This document shows positions 47,936 to 54,331 of a DNA stretch of 54,331 nt, in pieces. Position 1 is the first letter of the stretch, and every line of letters begins with the position of its first letter. The stretch is from Actinobacteria bacterium UBA7524 (GTDB lineage: Bacteria > Actinomycetota > Coriobacteriia > Anaerosomatales > UBA912), in contig DLMY01000020.1 in assembly GCA_002478275.1 (NCBI GenBank), positions 77,727 to 132,057 on the forward strand, given 5' to 3'. Made by a program: the position numbers and the translations under genes. Under the pieces are notes generated by a model. That model did not search any database. It worked only from the letters and a program-made list of their open reading frames with translations, and was not told the DNA's origin.

Positions 47936-50151
47936 AGCAGGTGGCCCAGATCCCGCGTACGGGCGAGATTGTCGTGGTCGACGTTCCTGAACCACGCGTC
48001 AAGGATGGTCACGTTGTCGTGGCCAACGCTTTCTCACTCGTGAGCGCGGGCACTGAGCGTATGAAGATCGAGATGGGGCGTAAGAGTCTTCTGGAGAAAG
48101 CGCGGTCGAGACCCGATCTCGTGAAGCAGGTGATGGACAAGGCTCGGACTGAGGGTGTTTTGGCGACGCTTAGGACCGTGAACGAGAGACTGGACTCTCT
48201 TGCGCCGCTTGGCTATTCGTCCGCTGGCACCGTTGTGGAGGTTGGCGGGTCGGTCACTGATGTCGCCCTAGGTGATCGAGTGGCTTGTGCTGGCGCGGAG
48301 TGTGCTCACCACGCCGAGTACATCCTCGTGCCGCGTCTACTGTGCGCGAAGGTTCCTCCCGACGTACCGCTGGAGAGTGCTGCTTATACAACCGTAGGAG
48401 CAATCGCTCTGCAAGGGATCCGCCAGTCCGGAGTGGTCCTTGGTGAGCGAGTACTCGTGATCGGTCTTGGTCTGATCGGCCAATTGACTCTCAAGTTGTT
48501 GCGGTCAGCGGGATGCCGTGCCTGGGGAGCGGACGTCTCGGAATCGCAGGTCTTGCGTGCCGGGGCACTCGGATTCTCGGCGGTACAAGTCAGCGACGAA
48601 GGGGTTGTTCAGCACTTATGGTCTGAGACTGATGGGTCAGGCTTCGACTCGGTGATTGTGGCAGCCGCAGCGCATGACAACAGTCCGTTAGTCCTTGCTG
48701 GTGATGTCGCGCGTGACAGGGCTCGCATCGTCGTCGTTGGAGCTGCTCCGGTTGAGTTCCCGCGCTCGCCGTTCTACGAGAAGGAAATCAGCGTCTGGAT
48801 GTCCCGTTCTTACGGGCCGGGGCGATACGATCCTTCATACGAGCAGCACGGTCGCGACTATCCCATTGGACATGTTCGGTGGACCGAGAATCGCAACATG
48901 CAGGCGTTTCTTGATGCTCTGCGATCAGGATCCGTGGATCCTAGTCTGCTCACTACGCATAGGTTCGAGATCTTGAGGGCGGACAAGGCGTACGAGATTA
49001 TCACCTCGCCGGACGAGGAAACCGTTGGCGTGCTGATCGAGTATCCCTCTGCAGCGGACGTGAATTGCATTGCCGATCGAAGGATTGTCGAGCCGCGTAT
49101 CGTTGACGACGCCGTGTCGCGTCGCGAGGCGGTAGTTCGAGACGGACCTGCTAGCACGGGTCTGGCGATTGTGGGCGTCGGGAACTTCGTTACGAAGACG
49201 CTGCTCCCGGCGATTAGGGCGTCCGGCGAATTGACACCGCAAGTTGTCGTTTCGGAGCGCGGGCTGAGCGCAGCGAGCGTAGCGAAGCGTTACGGAATCC
49301 CTTCGTCAGAGTCGGACGCCCGTGTTGCGTTTACTACGCCTGGCATCGCGGCGGCGGTCATCGGCACTCGACATGACACGCACGCTGAGCTTGTCGAGCG
49401 CGCGATGAGGTCAGGCCTGGACGTTTTCGTCGAAAAACCTCTGTGTATCAGGAAGGGCGATCTGTCGACCATAGTGCGTGCACAGCAAGAGACCGGCAGG
49501 CTCTGTATGGTCGGCTTCAACAGACGGTTCGCGCCTGCAACTGGAGAAGTCATGCGATTCTTCGATGACGATCATTCACCGCGGGTGGTGAACATCCGCG
49601 TCGATGCTGGCCAGATTCCCGCGAATCACTGGATACAGGATCCCGATGTGGGGGGTGGGCGCATCGTGGGTGAGGTGTGCCATTTCGTTGATCTTGCAAT
49701 CTATCTGAGCGGGTGCAGTTGCACTCAAGTTCGCGCCGTGTCGATTCCGTCTGCCGACGCCGGTGTGGCCGACGAGGACGTATCTGCGATTCTGACACAT
49801 GTCGACGGATCGGTGAGCTCGATCGTCTACACGGCCAGAGGTAGCATGCAATTGGGCAAGGAGCGAATCGAGGTCTTTGGATCGGCTTCAACAGCAGTGA
49901 TCGACGACTTCAGGCTGCTTCAGACCAGCAGGGGCCCGAACAAGCGGAAGCGCCGCATGCGACAGGATAAGGGACATGATGCAGAGATGGCCGCATTCTC
50001 TCTGGCTGTTCGCGGCGGTGCGGTGGTTCCGCAGTTGTCCTTTGAGGACGCAGTGCACACTACTTTGGTTACATTCGCTCTTGTCGAATCCGTGCGCACG
50101 GGCCGAAGCATCGCAGTAGAGGAGTTCAGAAGTGAGCTGCTCGGTGCTTGA
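47932..50151 (+). CDS. Bi-domain oxidoreductase (MDR/alcohol-dehydrogenase-like + Gfo/Idh/MocA)
   Basis: SAGTE, PLGYSSAG, GLGLIG, SRSYGPGRYD; GVGNF, FVEKP, GFNRRFAP, GEVCHFVD. Confidence 0.92.
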   Translation: MKQVAQIPRTGEIVVVDVPEPRVKDGHVVVANAFSLVSAGTERMKIEMGRKSLLEKARSRPDLVKQVMDKARTEGVLATLRTVNERLDSLAPLGYSSAGTVVEVGGSVTDVALGDRVACAGAECAHHAEYILVPRLLCAKVPPDVPLESAAYTTVGAIALQGIRQSGVVLGERVLVIGLGLIGQLTLKLLRSAGCRAWGADVSESQVLRAGALGFSAVQVSDEGVVQHLWSETDGSGFDSVIVAAAAHDNSPLVLAGDVARDRARIVVVGAAPVEFPRSPFYEKEISVWMSRSYGPGRYDPSYEQHGRDYPIGHVRWTENRNMQAFLDALRSGSVDPSLLTTHRFEILRADKAYEIITSPDEETVGVLIEYPSAADVNCIADRRIVEPRIVDDAVSRREAVVRDGPASTGLAIVGVGNFVTKTLLPAIRASGELTPQVVVSERGLSAASVAKRYGIPSSESDARVAFTTPGIAAAVIGTRHDTHAELVERAMRSGLDVFVEKPLCIRKGDLSTIVRAQQETGRLCMVGFNRRFAPATGEVMRFFDDDHSPRVVNIRVDAGQIPANHWIQDPDVGGGRIVGEVCHFVDLAIYLSGCSCTQVRAVSIPSADAGVADEDVSAILTHVDGSVSSIVYTARGSMQLGKERIEVFGSASTAVIDDFRLLQTSRGPNKRKRRMRQDKGHDAEMAAFSLAVRGGAVVPQLSFEDAVHTTLVTFALVESVRTGRSIAVEEFRSELLGA

Positions 50152-51292
50152 TGGCTTGGCGGGTTTCGACCCCTATGACGCTCTCAGGGGCGAACGGATT
50201 CCCGGCTGGGTGCGGCGTTCCCGGTGGTTAAGACAAGCACTCATTCAGCTTCGTAAGCGGGTGCCGCTGAACCTGTCCCCAGTATTGGGTATTGAACCTT
50301 ACATCATGGCGAAGACTGTCGGATGCCATCTGATTGCCGCAGCACGTGACTCATCTCGGGGTGTGCGAGGGGCTGCTCAAGACTCCGCAGAGCTCAGCAG
50401 GTTCCTACTTGAAGATGATGAGATCGCGCGTCTCGACAGCGGCGCATGGGGTTACGAGTTCGATGTCCAGACGAGGTGGGCATACTACGCGGCCCAGACT
50501 CCCAATGTGATCGCGAGCTATTTCGTCGCCAGAGGATTTCTGGAGTACGGGCTTGTCTTCGATCAGCGAGCCGCGATCGACCACGCGAACCGGACTGCTG
50601 AGTATGTCACTGAATCACTGCGATCGCCTGAGGGCTACTACTGTTACACGCCCGATTCCCCCCGCCTGATTCACAATGCCAATCTGCTGGCTGCTGGCCT
50701 GTTGGCGGTGACGGGGCGAATGGAGTCGTCGCCGGACAGACTCGCCATGGCCCTCACCGCCGCGCACATATCATGTGCTGAGCAGGATGAAGATGGTCTA
50801 TGGCCTTACGGAGAGGGCGCGCGTCTCGCGTGGATCGACAACTTCCACACGGCGTACGCTCTCGACGGTCTGCTTCTTGTGTGGCTTGCGACTGATGATT
50901 ATGTCGTAGAACGGGCGTTGAGAAGCGGGGCGCAAGCATGGCAAAGTCGTTTCTTCGGTCTGGATGGAACACCGGCCTACTACGTTGATGGTCGCGGCCC
51001 GCAGGATATCCACAGCGCAGCGACCGCCGTTGATGTCGGCATGCGCCTGGCTTCGGCGGGAATCGTCCCCCCCGACGTGTTTGTGCGGGTCCACGAGTGG
51101 ACGAATCGTCGCATGGTCGAGTCAGACGGCCGAACCATCTATCGAATACACCGATGGGGTGTGGATCGAAGACACTTCCCCCGCTGGGGTGATGCACACT
51201 GGCGTTTGGCCGAATCGAGCACAGCACTCTGTTCCGCAGGAGTCGCGCCTCCGTTGGAGAGAGCTCTATGCGAGTCTTCGGGACGTGCATGA
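50132..51292 (+). CDS. Six-hairpin/(alpha/alpha)-barrel-like protein of polysaccharide clusters, function unknown
   Basis: DPYDAL, WGYEFD.Q.R, PN, IHNANLL, WPYGE..WIDNFHT, DIHS, RW; start may be GTG 50144. Confidence 0.7.
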   Translation: MSCSVLDGLAGFDPYDALRGERIPGWVRRSRWLRQALIQLRKRVPLNLSPVLGIEPYIMAKTVGCHLIAAARDSSRGVRGAAQDSAELSRFLLEDDEIARLDSGAWGYEFDVQTRWAYYAAQTPNVIASYFVARGFLEYGLVFDQRAAIDHANRTAEYVTESLRSPEGYYCYTPDSPRLIHNANLLAAGLLAVTGRMESSPDRLAMALTAAHISCAEQDEDGLWPYGEGARLAWIDNFHTAYALDGLLLVWLATDDYVVERALRSGAQAWQSRFFGLDGTPAYYVDGRGPQDIHSAATAVDVGMRLASAGIVPPDVFVRVHEWTNRRMVESDGRTIYRIHRWGVDRRHFPRWGDAHWRLAESSTALCSAGVAPPLERALCESSGRA

Positions 51293-51324
51293 CTTCACTT
51301 CGAAGCCGAGGATCGGGCACGGGC

Positions 51325-51356
51325 TCCTGGTCGGGACCGGTGTGAGGCGACCAGGA
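51325..51356. terminator. Hairpin between convergent genes
   Basis: TCCTGGTCG / CGACCAGGA 9-bp stem, 14-nt loop. Confidence 0.4.
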
Positions 51357-51357
51357 C

Positions 51358-54330
51358 CTACGGCGCTTGGGTGAGTGTGCCCCTGATGTCTACGGCGTCG
51401 AGGGCTATCTGGGTATTGGTGGCTGACGAGTTCTTCTCCCCGGTCCACTCGATGCGCACTGTGTGGGATCCGTCTGTGAGATCTTCGGCAGTCCAAACGA
51501 CCGCCTGGAACTGGTCGGACGGAGAGTACAGGTCAATGACTATGGGTTCACCGTCGTCAAGGTAGATCCGCATGATGCCGTAGTTCGGAGATCTTAGGGC
51601 GACGAGATCGATGGCTGTTCCATCGAACCGTATGTGTGCGGATGCGGAAGCATTTGCCTTGAGTAGCCCCCCGCCTGACAGTGGTGAATAGGGGACGTAC
51701 GTCCAGGAACCCTCGTAGATGATGCGCGAATCGCTCTCCTCGTACCGGGTCTTAGGCTCTGCGCTAGGATGGGCCTGGGTCAGTGTTCCCAGGACGTCTA
51801 CGGCATCCAATGCGATCTGCGTGCCTGATGCTGCGGGATTCTTCTGCCCTGTCCACTCGATGCGCACCGTGTGAGGTCCATCGGTGAGATTCTCGGCACT
51901 CCAAACGACTGCCTGGTAGAGGTCCTTCTGGGAGTAGAGATCCACGTCGATTGGATCGGAATCATCAAGGATGACCCTCATGACGCCGTAGTTGGGAGAT
52001 CTGATGCCGATCAGGTCGATCGCGGTACCCTCGAACGCGATGTCGGCGATCGTGTTCGGGTGATCACCCTTGACGAGCGAACCCCCAGAAAGTGGCGAGA
52101 AGGTCACCTTGGACCAGGCTTCACTGAGGGAGATGAATGGGTGATCTTGCTCGAAGCGGTCCCTGGGCGTTTTTGAGGGGGTCGCTTGCGTGAGCGTACC
52201 TAGAACGTCCACGGCATCGATGGCGATATGTGTTCCTGTCGACGCAGGGTTCTTGGTGCCGGTCCACTCGACACGAACCGTGTGTGTCGTTTCCGTTAGA
52301 CCCGCAGCACTCCAGACAACGGTTCTGAACTTGGTGTCTGGCGAGTACAAGTCCACCGGCGTCGGGTTGGCGCCATTGAGGCTCACGGTCATGATTCCGT
52401 AGCTTGGACCTTTGATGCCGATGAGGTCGATCGCGGATCCCGCGAAGGATATGTCTGCGACCGCTCGAGATGCGTTCCCCTTGACCAGGGAACCACCTGA
52501 GAGGGCGTGATAGAGAATGGTCGAGAAGTCATCTCCGAGGTACAGACGCTCATCGGTTTCCTCGTAACGAGTCATCGGAGGATCAGAGGACACGGCCTGA
52601 ATCAACGTACCTTGCACATCTACGGCGTCAACGGCTATCGCCGTGCTACGCGCTGAAGGGTTCTTGGTGCCAGTCCATTCGATTCGGATCGTATGTGCCC
52701 CTTCAGTCAGGTTGTTCGCACTCCAGACAACTGCCTGGAACTGGTCGGAGGGCGAATAGAGGTCGACATCGACCGGGTCACCGCCATCAAGAATGACACG
52801 CATGATCCCGTAGTTGGGCGACTTAATGCTGACCAGGTTGACCGCCGTGCCGTCGAACTTGATATCCGCCGTGGCCTTGATGCCGTCACCTTTGGCGAGA
52901 GAACCGCCAGAGAGGGCGCCATATGGAACTGGCGTCCAGTCTGTCCCGAACACCATCAGTGGATTGGTCTGCTCGTAGCGAAGCATTGGCGGCGGGGCCT
53001 GCAACAAGTCACCTTTGAAAGTGATGGCGTCGACACCGACAGCGTATCCGCCTTCCGGGACACTTCTTCTTCCGGTGCATTCGATGCGGATGGTGTGCTC
53101 CTGGTTTGAGAGGCCAGTAACACTCCATACCGGCAGCTGCCACTGAATCGAGGGAGAGTAGAGATCCACTTCCACTGGCTCCTGGTTGTCGACGCTCACA
53201 GTCGCGATTCCATAACTTGGCGACTTCATGGCGATCCAGGTGAACTCAGTGCCGCTGAACTTGATGTTGACGAAGTCCCCGGCGCGTCCGCCTCGCGTAT
53301 GCGAGCCTCCCGACAGATTTGAGTGCTCGACCCTGGACCAGCCTTCGGAGAAGGATATGCGAGTGTCGGTGTCCTCCACCTTCTCAACTGGGAAGCCGAC
53401 GAGTGTGCCGGCGATGTCGAGCGCATCGACCGCGATGGACGCGCCAGTGGAGAGGTCATTCTTCTGGCCAGTGCGTTCGATTCGCACGGTGTGGAGCCCG
53501 TTGCTGAGGCCTTGTACGCTGAGTACCTTGTCTTGCCACACGGGCGTCGGTGCGTAGAGGTCGACGAAGACCGGTTCTCCACCGTCGACTGTTACTTTGG
53601 CGATACCATAACTGTTCGAGCGAATTGAGATCCAGTCGAAGCCGGTGCCTTCGAAGGCGAAGTAGACGGCCGAGTTGGCCGCATTTCCGCGGGCATGACT
53701 GCCGCCTGAGAGTGATGTATGGGCAATCGTTGACCATGCGTCTCGGTACCACAGGTGCTGATCGGTCTGCTCATAACGGTGGAACACGTCAAACTCTATG
53801 GTCTGAAGGGTCTCCGCGTTGCCTGCAACATCCACTGAATAGAACTCCAGTTTGTGGCGTCCAGGAGTTGAGGTCTCGATCGCGGTCCCCTCGATCCACG
53901 ACCCGCCGTCGAGGCGCCACATGGTCCTGGCGACTCCGGACAGAGAGTCTGAGGGCGTGAGCTGGATGATTGCAGTGACTGAGTAGGTAAGGGAAGCGTT
54001 AGAAGTCGTAACCGGCGCCGAGTCGTCGATCTGCAAATACAGCGTATCCTCTGCTCCCGTGTTTCCCGCGAAGTCGACCGGGATGTAGCGTACCTGTACA
54101 TCTCCTGACTGGGTGACAAGGATGTTTCCGGTAGTGCTGAGAGTCTTCGGAAGGCTGCCGTCACTACTGTACAGGTAGTGTGCGATGCCGCTTGGCTCGT
54201 CGGAGGCTGTGAGCTGGAGTTGATACGGTCCTTGCACCCAACCTGCGGGAGACTGCGTCGTCGGTACCGGCGCCGTGTCATCGATGCGCACGGTGGCCGT
54301 TCTGGTGGTCTCGATGTTGCCGATAGCGTC
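51358..54330 (-). CDS. Giant extracellular protein, 3' part: Ig-like (OmpL47-type) repeats + six tandem galactose-binding-like modules; 5'-truncated by window edge
   Basis: Frame open to the window end (DAIGNIETTRTATVRIDD); D..AP.T / D..SG / YS.D.AGN.E repeats; six ~135-aa RYE..LSGGS..F.GT..YG..DLYSP..HT.RIE.TG..DA.D units. Confidence 0.9.
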   Translation of the reverse strand, partial: DAIGNIETTRTATVRIDDTAPVPTTQSPAGWVQGPYQLQLTASDEPSGIAHYLYSSDGSLPKTLSTTGNILVTQSGDVQVRYIPVDFAGNTGAEDTLYLQIDDSAPVTTSNASLTYSVTAIIQLTPSDSLSGVARTMWRLDGGSWIEGTAIETSTPGRHKLEFYSVDVAGNAETLQTIEFDVFHRYEQTDQHLWYRDAWSTIAHTSLSGGSHARGNAANSAVYFAFEGTGFDWISIRSNSYGIAKVTVDGGEPVFVDLYAPTPVWQDKVLSVQGLSNGLHTVRIERTGQKNDLSTGASIAVDALDIAGTLVGFPVEKVEDTDTRISFSEGWSRVEHSNLSGGSHTRGGRAGDFVNIKFSGTEFTWIAMKSPSYGIATVSVDNQEPVEVDLYSPSIQWQLPVWSVTGLSNQEHTIRIECTGRRSVPEGGYAVGVDAITFKGDLLQAPPPMLRYEQTNPLMVFGTDWTPVPYGALSGGSLAKGDGIKATADIKFDGTAVNLVSIKSPNYGIMRVILDGGDPVDVDLYSPSDQFQAVVWSANNLTEGAHTIRIEWTGTKNPSARSTAIAVDAVDVQGTLIQAVSSDPPMTRYEETDERLYLGDDFSTILYHALSGGSLVKGNASRAVADISFAGSAIDLIGIKGPSYGIMTVSLNGANPTPVDLYSPDTKFRTVVWSAAGLTETTHTVRVEWTGTKNPASTGTHIAIDAVDVLGTLTQATPSKTPRDRFEQDHPFISLSEAWSKVTFSPLSGGSLVKGDHPNTIADIAFEGTAIDLIGIRSPNYGVMRVILDDSDPIDVDLYSQKDLYQAVVWSAENLTDGPHTVRIEWTGQKNPAASGTQIALDAVDVLGTLTQAHPSAEPKTRYEESDSRIIYEGSWTYVPYSPLSGGGLLKANASASAHIRFDGTAIDLVALRSPNYGIMRIYLDDGEPIVIDLYSPSDQFQAVVWTAEDLTDGSHTVRIEWTGEKNSSATNTQIALDAVDIRGTLTQAP

Positions 54331-54331
54331 G

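Overview
High-GC bacterial chromosome segment with one 248-N scaffold gap at 9600-9847. It is most likely from an anaerobic actinobacterium of the class Coriobacteriia; this is inferred from gene content and sequence style, not from a search. The left half (1-21.4 kb) is a conserved housekeeping backbone: CorC/hemolysin, cdd, era, deoC, recO, glyQ, glyS, PPDK regulator, ppdK, dgt, hppA, dnaG, rpoD. It is interrupted at 4.4-7.7 kb by a two-gene accessory insert (a large secreted protein with an unrecognised ~410-aa core, and a DUF4412-like lipoprotein). At 21.5-23.4 kb a REC-PAS-HD-GYP gene and tRNA-Asn lie on the opposite strand. The right half (23.6-54.3 kb) is a cell-envelope locus containing two cell-wall-binding-2 (CWB2) proteins, tRNA-Ile2(CAT), a PASTA-amidase and an LCP-fold protein that lacks the catalytic residues. 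It also has two paralogous membrane-anchored tandem-NTF2-like proteins separated by stacked AbiE and VapC toxin-antitoxin genes. A lower-GC Wzx/Wzy polysaccharide cluster follows, with a Wzc carrying an extra C-terminal TM helix, an FrhB-like Fe-S protein plus pyruvyltransferase, a methyltransferase, 5 GTs, a bi-domain oxidoreductase and a six-hairpin protein. The window ends in the 3' part of a giant protein with six tandem beta-sandwich repeats. The best candidate for an undescribed system is this CWB2/secondary-cell-wall-polymer locus, which resembles the Clostridioides cwp + anionic-polymer layout but has several atypical parts. All family calls come from motif reading by eye; no database search was run.
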